From the human T2T-CHM13v2.0 reference genome, Homo sapiens: a DNA stretch of 64,000 bases. The DNA is taken from assembly GCF_009914755.1 (NCBI RefSeq), contig NC_060943.1, one strand, 5' to 3'. The notes below the pieces were generated by a model that saw nothing but the letters and a program-made list of their open reading frames with translations, was not told where the DNA came from and searched no databases. The translations under genes and the position numbers were made by a program. Each line of letters starts with the position of its first letter. Positions within the stretch are counted from its first letter, which is position 1. Below are positions 48,001-62,100 of the stretch, piece after piece.

Positions 48001-51000
48001 GGACCGCTTTGAGACCTTTGCTGGAAATGGGAATATCTTCACATATAAACTAGACAGAAGCATTCTCAGAAACTTCTTCGTGATGTGTGCATTCTACTCC
48101 CAAATTTGAATCTTCCTTTTCATGAAGCAGTTTTGAAACACTCTATTTGTGCATTCTACAATTGGATGATTGGAACGCTTTGATGTCCATGGTAGAAAAG
48201 GAAATATCCTCATATAAAAACTAGACAGAAGGATTCACAGAAAATGCTTTGTGATGTGTGCATTCAAATCACGGAGTTGAATCTTTCTTTTGTTAGAGCA
48301 GATTTGAAAGACTGTTTCTGTGGAATCTGCCAGCGGACACTTGGAGCGCTTTGAGGGCTACGGTGGAGAAGGAAATATCTTCACATAAAAACTAGAAAGA
48401 AGCATTCTCAGAAACATTTATGTGAAGCGTGCATTCAACTCACAGAGTTGAACCTTCCTTTTGATAGAACAGTTTTGAAACACTGTTTTGAACAATTGCA
48501 GGTGAATCTTTGGAGCGCTTTGAAGCCTTTGTTGGAAATGGGAATATCTTCACACACAAACTAGCCAGAAGCATTCTCAGAAACTTCTTTGTGATGTGTG
48601 CGTTGAACCCAGAGAGATGAACCTTTCCTTTGATAGAGCAGTTTTGAAACGTGTTTTTGTAAGATCTGCAAGCGGATAATTGGCTTCGCTTTGTGTCCTT
48701 TGGTGGAAACGGGAATATCTTCTAATAAAAACTAGACAGAGATATTCTCAGAAACTTCTTTGTGATGTGGGCATTCAACTAACACAGTTGAACATTTCTT
48801 TTCACAGAGCAGTTTTGAAACACTCTTTTGGTCGAATCTGCCAGTGGATATTTGGAGCGCTTTGAGGGCTATTGTGCCAATGGAAATATCTGCCCCTAAA
48901 AACTAGACAGAAGCATTCTCAGAAACTGCTTTGTGATGTTTGCATTCAACTCACAGAGTTGAACATACCTTTTCATAGAGCAGTTTTGAAAACCTCTTTT
49001 TGTAGAATCTGCAAGAGGATATTCGGACCACTTTGAGGCCTTCATAGGAAACAGTAATATCTTCACGTAAAAATTAGATAGAAGCATTGTCAGAAAGTTC
49101 TTTGTGATGTGTGAATTCAACTCACAGAGTTGAACCTTCCTTTAATAGAGCAGTTTTGAAACACTCTTTTTCTAGAATCTGCAAGTAGATATTTGGAGCG
49201 CTTTGAGGCCTTCTTTGGAAACCGGAATATCTTCACATAAAAAGTAGATAGAGGCATGCTCAGAAACTTTTTTGTCATATGTAGATTCAACTCACAGCGT
49301 TGAACCTTTCTTTTGATAGAGCAGTTTCGAAAAACTCTTTTATCGAATCTGCAAGTAGACATTTGGAGTGCTTTGAGGGCTCTGGTGCAAAAGGAAATGT
49401 CTTCCCATAGAAACTAGACTGAATCATTCTCAGCAACTTCTTGGTGACGTTTGCATTCATCTCACAGTGTTGAACATACCTTTGCATAGAGTAGTTTCGA
49501 AACACTATTTTTGTAGAATCTGCAAGTGGACATTTGGACTGCTTTGAGGCCTTCATCGGAAACGGGAATATCTTCACATAAACACTAGACAGAAGCATTC
49601 TCAGAAACTTCTTTGTGATCTGTCCATTCAACTCACAGAGTTGAACCTTCCTTTTTATGGAGCAGTTTTGAAACACTGTTTGTGAAGAATCTGCAAGTGG
49701 ATATTTGCAGCGCCTTGAGGCCAATGGTAGAAAAAGAAATATCTGCCTCTAAATACTAGACTGAAGCATTCTGAGAAACTTCTTTGTGATGTTTGCTTTC
49801 AGCTACCAGAGTTGAACCTTCCTTTTGATAGGGCAGTTTGGAAACACTCTTTTTGTAGAATCTGCATGTGGATATCTGGAGCGATTTGAGGCCTACGGTC
49901 AAAAAGGAAATATCTTCCTGGGAAAAATAGACGAAAGCATTCTCAGAAACTGCTTTGTGATATGTGCATTCGACTCTCCGAGTTGAAACTTTTTTTTGAT
50001 AGAGCAGTTTTGAAACACTCTGTAGAATCTGAAAGTGGATATTTGGAGCTCTTCGAGGGCTATGGCGGAAAAGAAAATATATTCACATTAAACTAGACAG
50101 CAGCATTCTCAGAGACTTCTTTAGGATGTTTGCAGTAAACTCACAGAGTTGAACATACCTTTCCGTAAAGCAGTTTTGAAACCCTCTGTTTGTGGGATCT
50201 GCAAGTGGATATTTGGACCGCTTTGAGACCTTTGCTGGAAATGGGAATATCTTCACATATAAACTAGACAGAAGCATTCTCAGAAACTTCTTCGTGATGT
50301 GTGCATTCTACTCCCAAATTTGAATCTTCCTTTTCATGAAGCAGTTTTGAAACACTCTATTTGTGCATTCTACAATTGGATGATTGGAACGCTTTGATGT
50401 CCATGGTAGAAAAGGAAATATCCTCATATAAAAACTAGACAGAAGGATTCACAGAAAATGCTTTGTGATGTGTGCATTCAAATCACGGAGTTGAATCTTT
50501 CTTTTGTTAGAGCAGATTTGAAAGACTGTTTCTGTGGAATCTGCCAGCGGACACTTGGAGCGCTTTGAGGGCTACGGTGGAGAAGGAAATATCTTCACAT
50601 AAAAACTAGAAAGAAGCATTCTCAGAAACATTTATGTGAAGCGTGCATTCAACTCACAGAGTTGAACCTTCCTTTTGATAGAACAGTTTTGAAACACTGT
50701 TTTGAACAATTGCAGGTGAATCTTTGGAGCGCTTTGAAGCCTTTGTTGGAAATGGGAATATCTTCACACACAAACTAGCCAGAAGCATTCTCAGAAACTT
50801 CTTTGTGATGTGTGCGTTGAACCCAGAGAGATGAACCTTTCCTTTGATAGAGCAGTTTTGAAACGTGTTTTTGTAAGATCTGCAAGCGGATAATTGGCTT
50901 CGCTTTGTGTCCTTTGGTGGAAACGGGAATATCTTCTAATAAAAACTAGACAGAGATATTCTCAGAAACTTCTTTGTGATGTGGGCATTCAACTAACACA

Positions 51001-52296
51001 GTTGAACATTTCTTTTCACAGAGCAGTTTTGAAACACTCTTTTGGTCGAATCTGCCAGTGGATATTTGGAGCGCTTTGAGGGCTATTGTGCCAATGGAAA
51101 TATCTGCCCCTAAAAACTAGACAGAAGCATTCTCAGAAACTGCTTTGTGATGTTTGCATTCAACTCACAGAGTTGAACATACCTTTTCATAGAGCAGTTT
51201 TGAAAACCTCTTTTTGTAGAATCTGCAAGAGGATATTCGGACCACTTTGAGGCCTTCATAGGAAACAGTAATATCTTCACGTAAAAATTAGATAGAAGCA
51301 TTGTCAGAAAGTTCTTTGTGATGTGTGAATTCAACTCACAGAGTTGAACCTTCCTTTAATAGAGCAGTTTTGAAACACTCTTTTTCTAGAATCTGCAAGT
51401 AGATATTTGGAGCCCTTTGAGGCCTTCTTTGGAAACTGGAATATCTTCACATAAAAAGTAGATAGAGGCATGCTCAGAAACTTTTTTGTCATATGTAGAT
51501 TCAACTCACAGCGTTGAACCTTTCTTTTGATAGAGCAGTTTTGAAAAACTCTTTTATCGAATCTGCAAGTAGACATTTGGAGTGCTTTGAGGGCTGTGGT
51601 GCAAAAGGAAATGTCTTCCCATAGAAACTAGACTGAATCATTCTCAGCAACTTCTTGGTGACGTTTGCATTCATCTCACAGTGTTGAACATACCTTTGCA
51701 TAGAGTAGTTTCGAAACACTATTTTTGTAGAATCTGCAAGTGGACATTTGGACTGCTTTGAGGCCTTCATCGGAAACGGGAATATCTTCACATAAACACT
51801 AGACAGAAGCATTCTCAGAAACTTCTTTGTGATCTGTCCATTCAACTCACAGAGTTGAACCTTCCTTTTCATGGAGCAGTTTTGAAACACTGTTTGTGGA
51901 GAATCTGCAAGTGGATATTTGGAGCGCCTTGAGGCCAATGGTAGAAAAAGAAATATCTGCCTCTAAATACTAGACTGAAGCATTCTGAGAAACTTCTTTG
52001 TGATGTTTGCATTCAACTACCAGAGTTGAACCTTCCTTTTGATAGGGCAGTTTGGAAACACTCTTTTTGTAGAATCTGCATGTGGATATCTGGAGCGATT
52101 TGAGGCCTACGGTCAAAAAGGAAATATCTTCCTGGGAAAAATAGACGAAAGCATTCTCAGAAACTGCTTTGTGATATGTGCATTCGACTCTCCGAGTTGA
52201 AACTTTTTTTTGATAGAGCAGTTTTGAAACACTCTGTAGAATCTGAAAGTGGATATTTGGAACTCTTCGAGGGCTATGGCGGAAAAGAAAATATAT

Positions 52297-53999
52297 TCAC
52301 ATTAAACTAGACAGCAGCATTCTCAGAGACTTCTTTAGGATGTTTGCAGTAAACTCACAGAGTTGAACATACCTTTCCGTAAAGCAGTTTTGAAACCCTC
52401 TGTTTGTGGGATCTGCAAGTGGATATTTGGACCGCTTTGAGACCTTTGCTGGAAATGGGAATATCTTCACATATAAACTAGACAGAAGCATTCTCAGAAA
52501 CTTCTTTGTGATGTGTGCGTTGAACCCAGAGAGATGAACCTTTCCTTTGATAGAGCAGTTTTGAAACGTGTTTTTGTAAGATCTGCAAGCGGATAATTGG
52601 CTTCGCTTTGTGTCCTTTGGTGGAAACGGGAATATCTTCTAATAAAAACTAGACAGAGATATTCTCAGAAACTTCTTTGTGATGTGGGCATTCAACTGAC
52701 ACAGTCGAACATTTCTTTTCACAGAGCAGTTTTGAAACACTCTTTTGGTCGAATCTGCCAGTGGATATTTGGAGCGCTTTGAGGGCTATTGTGCCAATGG
52801 AAATATCTGCCCCTAAAAACTAGACAGAAGCATTCTCAGAAACTGCTTTGTGATGTTTGCATTCAACTCACAGAGTTGAACATACCTTTTCATAGAGCAG
52901 TTTTGAAAACCTCTTTTTGTAGAATCTGCAAGAGGATATTCGGACCACTTTGAGGCCTTCATAGGAAACAGTAATATCTTCACATAAAAACTAGATAGAA
53001 GCATTGTCAGAAAGTTCTTTGTGATGTGTGAATTCAACTCACAGAGTTGAACCTTCCTTTAATAGAGCAGTTTTGAAACACTCTTTTTCTAGAATCTGCA
53101 AGTAGATATTTGGAGCGCTTTGAGGCCTTCTTTGGAAACCGGAATATCTTCACATAAAAAGTAGATAGAGGCATGCTCAGAAACTTTTTTGTCATATGTA
53201 GATTCAACTCACAGCGTTGAACCTTTCTTTTGATAGAGCAGTTTTGAAAAACTCTTTTATCGAATCTGCAAGTAGACATTTGGAGTGCTTTGAGGGCTCT
53301 GGTGCAAAAGGAAATGTCTTCCCATAGAAACTAGACTGAATCATTCTCAGCAACTTCTTGGTGACGTTTGCATTCATCTCACAGTGTTGAACATACCTTT
53401 GCATAGAGTAGTTTCGAAACACTATTTTTGTAGAATCTGCAAGTGGACATTTGGACTGCTTTGAGGCCTTCATCGGAAACGGGAATATCTTCACATAAAC
53501 ACTAGACAGAAGCATTCTCAGAAACTTCTTTGTGATCTGTCCATTCAACTCACAGAGTTGAACCTTCCTTTTTATGGAGCAGTTTTGAAACACTGTTTGT
53601 GGAGAATCTGCAAGTGGATATTTGGAGCGCCTTGAGGCCAATGGTAGAAAAAGAAATATCTGCCTCTAAATACTAGACTGAAGCATTCTGAGAAACTTCT
53701 TTGTGATGTTTGCATTCAACTACCAGAGTTGAACCTTCCTTTTGATTGCGCAGTTTGGAAACACTCTTTTTGTAGAATCTGCATGTGGATATCTGGAGCG
53801 ATTTGAGGCCTACGGTCAAAAAGGAAATATCTTCCTGGGAAAAATAGACGAAAGCATTCTCAGAAACTGCTTTGTGATATGTGCATTCGACTCTCCGAGT
53901 TGAAACTTTTTTTTGATAGAGCAGTTTTGAAACACTCTGTAGAATCTGAAAGTGTATATTTGGAGCTCTTCGAGGGCTATGGCGGAAAAGAAAATATAT
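52297..53999 (+). repeat. 10-mer variant of the 13-mer
   Basis: Spacing 52297>54000 is 1703. Junction at 52483-52506. Confidence 0.92.
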
Positions 54000-56180
54000 T
54001 CACATTAAACTAGACAGCAGCATTCTCAGAGACTTCTTTAGGATGTTTGCAGTAAACTCACAGAGTTGAACATACCTTTCCGTAAAGCAGTTTTGAAACC
54101 CTCTGTTTGTGGGATCTGCAAGTGGATATTTGGACCGCTTTGAGACCTTTGCTGGAAATGGGAATATCTTCACATATAAACTAGACAGAAGCATTCTCAG
54201 AAACTTCTTCGTGATGTGTGCATTCTACTCCCAAATTTGAATCTTCCTTTTCATGAAGCAGTTTTGAAACACTCTATTTGTGCATTCTACAATTGGATGA
54301 TTGGAACGCTTTGATGCCCATGGTAGAAAAGGAAATATCCTCATATAAAAACTAGGCAGAAGGATTCACAGAAAATGCTTTGTGATGTGTGCATTCAAAT
54401 CACGGAGTTGAATCTTTCTTTTGTTAGAGCAGTTTTGAAACACTGTTTCTGTGGAATCTGCCAGCGGACACTTGGAGCGCTTTGAGGACTACGGTGGAGA
54501 AGGAAATATCTTCACATAAAAACTAGAAAGAAGCATTCTCAGAAACATTTATGTGAAGCGTGCATTCAACTCACAGAGTTGAACCTTCCTTTTGATAGAA
54601 CAGTTTTGAAACACTCTTTTGAACAATTGCAGGTGAATCTTTGGAGCGCTTTGAAGCCTTTGTTGGAAATGGGAATATCTTCACACACAAACTAGCCAGA
54701 AGCATTCTCAGAAACTTCTTTGTGATGTGTGCGTTGAACCCAGAGAGATGAACCTTTCCTTTGATAGAGCAGTTTTGAAATGTGTTTTTGTAAGATCTGC
54801 AAGCGGATAATTGGCTTCGCTTTGTGTCCTTTGGTGGAAACGGGAATATCTTCTAATAAAAACTAGACAGAGATATTCTCAGAAACTTCTTTGTGATGTG
54901 GGCATTCAACTAACACAGTTGAACATTTCTTTTCACAGAGCAGTTTTGAAACACTCTTTTGGTCGAATCTGCCAGTGGATATTTGGAGCGCTTTGAGGGC
55001 TATTGTGCCAATGGAAATATCTGCCCCTAAAAACTAGACAGAAGCATTCTCAGAAACTGCTTTGTGATGTTTGCATTCCACTCACAGAGTTGAACATACC
55101 TTTTCATAGAGCAGTTTTGAAAACCTCTTTTTGTAGAATCTGCAAGTGGATATTCGGACCAGTTTGAGGCCTTCATAGGAATCAGTAATATCTTCACATA
55201 AAAACTAGATAGAAGCATTGTCAGAAAGTTCTTTGTGATGTGTGAATTCAACTCACAGAGTTGAACCTTCCTTTAATAGAGCAGTTTTGAAATACTCTTT
55301 TTCTAGAATCTGCAACTAGATATGTGGAGCGCTTTGAGGCCTTCTTTGGAAACCGGAATATCTTCACATAAAAAGTAGATAGAGGCATGCTCAGAAACTT
55401 TTTTGTCATATGTAGATTCAACTCACAGCGTTGAACCTTTCTTTTGATAGAGCAGTTTTGAAAAACTATTTTATCGAATCTGCAAGTAGACATTTGGAGT
55501 GCTTTGAGGGCTGTGGTGCAAAAGGAAATGTCTTCCCATAGAAACTAGACTGAAGCATTCTCAGCAACTTCTTGGTGACGTTTGCATGCATCTCACAGTG
55601 TTGAACATACCTTTGCATAGAGTAGTTTTGAAACACTATTTTTGTAGAATCTGCAAGTGGACATTTGGACTGCTTTGAGGCCTTCATCGGAAACGGGAAT
55701 ATCTTCACATAAACACTAGACAGAAGCATTCTCAGAAACTTCTTTGTGATCTGTCCATTCAACTCACAGAGTTGAACCTTCCTTTTTATGGAGCAGTTTT
55801 GAAACACTGTTTGTGGAGAATCTGCAAGTGGATATTTGGAGCGCCTTGAGGCCAATGGTAGAAAAAGAAATATCTGCCTCTAAATACTAGACTGAAGCAT
55901 TCTGAGAAACTTCTTTGTGATGTTTGCATTCAACTACCAGAGTTGAACCTTCCTTTTGATAGGGCAGTTTGGAAACACTCTTTTTGTAGAATCTGCATGT
56001 GGATATCTGGAGCGATTTGAGGCCTACGGTCAAAAAGGAAATACCTTCCTGGGAAAAATAGACGAAAGCATTCTCAGAAACTGCTTTGTTATATATGCAT
56101 TCGACTCTCCGAGTTGAAACTTTTTTTTGATAGAGCAGTTTTGAAACACTCTGTAGAATCTGAAAGTGGATATTTGGAGC

Positions 56181-59100
56181 ACTTTGAGGGCTATGGCGGA
56201 AAAGAAATTATATTCACATGAATCTAGACAGCGGCATTCTCAGAAACTTCTTTAGGATGTTTGCAGTAAACTCACAGAGTGGAACCTACCTTTCCGTAGA
56301 GCAGTTTTGAAACACTCTGTTTGTGGGATCCGCAAGTGGATATTTGGACCGCTTTGAGACCTTTGCTGGAAATGGGAATATCTTCACATATAAACTAGAC
56401 AGAAGCATTCTCAGAAACTTCTTCGTGATGTGTGCATTCTACTCCCAGCTTTGAATTTTCCTTCTCATGAAGCAGTTTTGAAACACTCTATTTGTGCAAT
56501 CTACAATTGGATAATTGGAACGCTTTGATGCCAATGGTAGAGAAGGAAATATCCTCATATAAAAACTAGACAGAAGGATTCACAGAAAATGCTTTGTGAT
56601 GTGTGCATTCAAATCAAGGAGTTGAATCTTTCTTTTGTTAGAGCAGTTTTGAAACACTGTTTCTGTGGAATCTGCCAGCAGACACTTGGAGCGCTTTGAG
56701 GGCTACGGTGGAGAAGGAAATATCTTCCCATAAAAAGTAGAAAGAAGCATTCTCGGAAACATTTATGTGAAGCGTGCATTCAACTCACAGAGTTGAACCT
56801 TCCTTTTGATGGAACAGTTTTGAAACACTCTTTTGAACAATTGCAGGTGAATCTTTGGAGCGCTTTGAAGCCTTTGTTGGAAATGGGAATATCTTCACAC
56901 ACAAACTAGCCAGAAGCATTCTCAGAAACTTCTTTGTGGTGTGTGCGTTGAACCCAGGGAGATGAACCTTTCCTTTGATAGAGCAGTTTTGAAACGTGTT
57001 TTTGTAAGATCTGCAAGCGGATAATTTGCCTCGCTTTGTGTCCTTTGGTGGAAACGGGAATATCTTCTAATAAAAACTAGACAGAAATATTCTCAGAATC
57101 TTCTTTGTGATGTGGGCATTCCACTAACACAGTTGAAGATTTCTTCTCACAGAGTAGTTTTGAAACACTCTTTTGGTAGAATCTGCCAGTGGATATTTGG
57201 AGCGCTTTGAGGGCTATTGTGCCAATGGAAATATCTTCCCCTGAAAACTAGACAGAAGCATTCTCAGAAACTACTTTGTGATGTTTGCATTCAACTCACA
57301 GAGTTGAACATACCTCTTCATAGAGCAGTTTTGAAAACCCCTTTTTGTAGAATCTGCAAGTGGATATTCGGACCACTTTGAGGCCTTCATAGGAAACAGT
57401 AACATCTTCACATAAAAACTAGATAGAAGCATTGTCAGAAAGTTCTTTGTGATGTGTGAATTCAACTCACAGAGTTGAACCTTCCTTTCATAGAGCAGTT
57501 TTGAAACACTCTTTTTCTAGAATCTGCAAGTAGATATTTGGAGCGCTTTGAGGCCTTCGTTGGAAACCGGACTATCTTCACGTAAAAAGTAGATAGAGGC
57601 ATTCTCAGAAACTTTTTTGTGACATGTAGATTCAACTCACAGCGTTGAACCTTTCTTTTGATAGAGCAGTTTTGAAAAACTCTTTTATCGAATCTGCAAG
57701 TAGACATTTGGAGTGCTTTGAGGGCTGTGGTGCAAAAGGAAATGTCTTCCAATAGAAACTAGACTGAAGCCTTCTCAGCAACTTCTTTGTGACGTTTGCA
57801 TTCATCTCACAGTGTTGAACATACCTTTCCCTAGAGTAGTTTTGAAACAATATTTTTGTAGAATCTGCAAGTGGACATTTGGACTGCTTTGAGGCCTTCA
57901 TCGGAAACGGGAATATCTTCACATAAACACTAGACAGAAGCATTCTCAGAAACTTCTTTGTGATCTGTCCATTCAACTCACAGAGTTGAACCCTCCTTTT
58001 TATGGAGCAGTTTTGAAACACTGTTTTTGGAGAATCTGCAAGTGGATATTTGGAGCGCTTTGAGGCCTATGGTAGAAAAAGAAATATCTGCCCCTAAAAA
58101 CTAGACAGAAGCATTCTGAGAAACTTCTTTGTGATGGGTGCATGCAACTACAAGAGTTGAACCTTCCTTTTGATAGGGCAGTTTGGAAACACTCTTTTTG
58201 TAGAATCTGCATGTGGATATCTGGAGCGATTTGAGGCCTATGGTCAAAAAGGAAATATTTTCCTGGGAAAAATAGACGAAAGCATTCTCAGAAACTGCTT
58301 TGTGATATGTGCATTCGACTCAGCGAGTTGAAACTTTTTTTTGATAGAGCAGTTTTGAAACACTCTGTAGAATCTGAAAGTGGATATTTGGAGCTCTTTG
58401 AGGGCTATGGCGGAAAAGAAATTATATTCACATGAAACTAGACAGCGGCATTCTCAGAAACTTCTTTAGGATGTTTGCAGTAAACTCACAGAGTGGAACC
58501 TACCTTTCCGTAGAGCAGTTTTGAAACACTCTGTTTGTGGGATCCGCAAGTGGATATTTGGACCGCTTTGAGACCTTTGCTGGAAATGGGAATATCTTCA
58601 CATATAAACTAGACAGAAGCATTCTCAGAAACTTCTTCGTCACGTGTGCATTCTACTCCCAGCTTTGAATCTTCCTTCTCATGAAGCAGTTTTGAAAGAC
58701 TCTATTTGTGCAATCTACAATTGGATAATTGGAACGCTTTGATGCCCATGGTAGAGAAGGAAATATCCTCATATAAAAACTAGACAGAAGGATTCACAGA
58801 AAATGCTTTGTGATGTGTGCATTCAAATCACGGAGTTGAATCTTTCTTTTTTTAGAGCAGTTTTGAAACACTGTTTCTGTGGAATCTCCCAGGGGACACT
58901 TGGAGCGCTTTGAGGGCTACGGTGGAGAAGGAAATATCTTCTCATAAAAACTAGAAAGAAGCATTCTCGGAAACATTTATGTGAAGCGTGCATTCAACTC
59001 ACAGAGTTGAACCTTCCTTTTGATGGAACAGTTTTGAAACACTCTTTTGAACAATTGCAGGTGAATCTTTGGAGCGCTTTGAAGCCTTTGTTGGAAATGG

Positions 59101-62100
59101 GAATATCTTCACACACAAACTAGCCAGAAGCATTCTCAGAAACTTCTTTGTGATGTGTGCGTTTAACCCAGGGAGATGAACCTTTCCTTTGATAGAGCAG
59201 TTTTGAAACGTGTTTTTGTAAGATCTGCAAGCGGATAATTTGCCTCGCTTTGTGTCCTTTGGTGGAAACGGGAATATCTTCTAATAAAAACTAGACAGAA
59301 ATATTCTCAGAATCTTATTTGTGATGTAGGCATTCCACTAACACAGTTGAAGATTTCTTTTCATAGAGTAGTTTTGAAACACTCTTTTGGTAGAATCTGC
59401 CAGTGGATATTTGGAGCGCTTTGAGGGCTATTGTGCCAATGGAAATATCTTCCCCTGAAAACTAGACAGAAGCATTCTCAGAAACTACTTTGTGATGTTT
59501 GCATTCAACTCACAGAGTTGAACATACCTCTTCATAGAGCAGTCTTGAAAACCTCTTTTTGTAGAATCTGCAAGTGGATATTCGGACCACTTTGAGGCCT
59601 TCATAGGAAACAGTAACATCTTCACATAAAAACTAGATAGAAGCATTGTCAGAAAGTTCTTTGTGATGTGTGAATTCAACTCACAGAGTTGAACCTTCCT
59701 TTCATAGAGCAGTTTTGAAACACTCTTTTTCTAGAATCTGCAAGTAGATATTTAGAGCGCTTTGAGGCCTTCGTTGGAAACCGGACTATCTTCACGTAAA
59801 AAGTAGATAGAGGCATTCTCAGAAACTTTTTTGTGACATGTAGATTCAACTCACAGCGTTGAACCTTTCTTTTGATAGAGCAGTTTTGAAAAACTCTTTT
59901 ATCGAATCTGCAAGTAGACATTTGGAGTGCTTTGAGGGCTGTGGTGCAAAAGGAAATGTCTTCCCATAGAAACTAGACTGAAGCCTTCTCAGCAACTTCT
60001 TTGTGACGTTTGCATTCATCTCACAGTGTTGAACATGCCTTTCCCTAGAGTAGTTTTGAAACACTATTTTTGTAGAATCTGCAAGTGGACATTTGGACTG
60101 CTTTGAGGCCTTCATCGGAAACGGGAATATCTTCACATAAACACTAGACAGAAGCATTCTCAGAAACTTCTTTGTGATCTGTCCATTCAACTCACAGAGT
60201 TGAACCCTCCTTTTTATGGAGCAGTTTTGAAACACTGTTTTTGGAGAATCTGCAAGTGGATATTTGGAGCGCTTTGAGGCCTATGGTAGAAAAAGAAATA
60301 TCTGCCCCTAAAAACTAGACAGAAGCATTCTGAGAAACTTCTTTGTGATGGTTGCATGCAACTACAAGAGTTGAACCTTCCTTTTGATAGGGCAGTTTGG
60401 AAACACTCTTTTTGTAGAATCTGCATGTGGATATCTGGAGCGATTTGAGGCCTATGGTCAAAAAGGAAATATTTTCCTGGGAAAAATAGACGAAAGCATT
60501 CTCAGAAACTGCTTTGTGATATGTGCATTCGACTCAGCGAGTTGAAACTTTTTTTTGATAGAGCAGTTTTGAAACACTCTGTAGAATCTGAAAGTGGATA
60601 TTTGGAGCTCTTTGAGGGCTATGGCGGAAAAGAAATTATATTCACATGAAACTAGACAGCGGCATTCTCAGAAACTTCTTTAGGATGTTTGCAGTAAACT
60701 CACAGAGTGGAACCTACCTTTCCGTAGAGCAGTTTTGAAACACTCTGTTTGTGGGATCCGCAAGTGGATATTTGGACCGCTTTGAGACCTTTGCTGGAAA
60801 TGGGAATATCTTCACATATAAACTAGACAGAAGCATTCTCAGAAACTTCTTCGTCACGTGTGCATTCTACTCCCAGCTTTGAATCTTCCTTCTCATGAAG
60901 CAGTTTTGAAAGACTCTATTTGTGCAATCTACAATTGGATAATTGGAACGCTTTGATGCCCATGGTAGAGAAGGAAATATCCTCATATAAAAACTAGACA
61001 GAAGGATTCACAGAAAATGCTTTGTGATGTGTGCATTCAAATCACGGAGTTGAATCTTTCTTTTGTTAGAGCAGTTTTGAAACACTGTTTCTGTGGAATC
61101 TCCCAGGGGACACTTGGAGCGCTTTGAGGGCTACGGTGGAGAAGGAAATATCTTCTCATAAAAACTAGAAAGAAGCATTCTCGGAAACATTTATGTGAAG
61201 CGTGCATTCAACTCACAGAGTTGAACCTTCCTTTTGATGGAACAGTTTTGAAACACTCTTTTGAACAATTGCAGGTGAATCTTTGGAGCGCTTTGAAGCC
61301 TTTGTTGGAAATGGGAATATCTTCACACACAAACTAGCCAGAAGCATTCTCAGAAACTTCTTTGTGATGTGTGCGTTTAACCCAGGGAGATGAACCTTTC
61401 CTTTGATAGAGCAGTTTTGAAACGTGTTTTTGTAAGATCTGCAAGCGGATAATTTGCCTCGCTTTGTGTCCTTTGGTGGAAACGGGAATATCTTCTAATA
61501 AAAACTAGACAGAAATATTCTCAGAATCTTATTTGTGATGTAGGCATTCCACTAACACAGTTGAAGATTTCTTTTCATAGAGTAGTTTTGAAACACTCTT
61601 TTGGTAGAATCTGCCAGTGGATATTTGGAGCGCTTTGAGGGCTATTGTGCCAATGGAAATATCTTCCCCTGAAAACTAGACAGAAGCATTCTCAGAAACT
61701 ACTTTGTGATGTTTGCATTCAACTCACAGAGTTGAACATACCTCTTCATAGAGCAGTCTTGAAAACCTCTTTTTGTAGAATCTGCAAGTGGATATTCGGA
61801 CCACTTTGAGGCCTTCATAGGAAACAGTAACATCTTCACATAAAAACTAGATAGAAGCATTGTCAGAAAGTTCTTTGTGATGTGTGAATTCAACTCACAG
61901 AGTTGAACCTTCCTTTCATAGAGCAGTTTTGAAACACTCTTTTTCTAGAATCTGCAAGTAGATATTTAGAGCGCTTTGAGGCCTTCGTTGGAAACCGGAC
62001 TATCTTCACGTAAAAAGTAGATAGAGGCATTCTCAGAAACTTTTTTGTGACATGTAGATTCAACTCACAGCGTTGAACCTTTCTTTTGATAGAGCAGTTT

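Larger units (their letters stand above)
27151..56180 (+). repeat. 13-mer layer C (homogeneous expansion; ten 13-mer and four 10-mer periods)
   Basis: Shared variants: gactctccga, ctcttcgaggg, cagagacttc, ggtcgaatc, cttctttggaaacc, gcatgctcag, gtcatatg, gcgccttgaggccaatgg, taaatactagactg. Confidence 0.8.
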
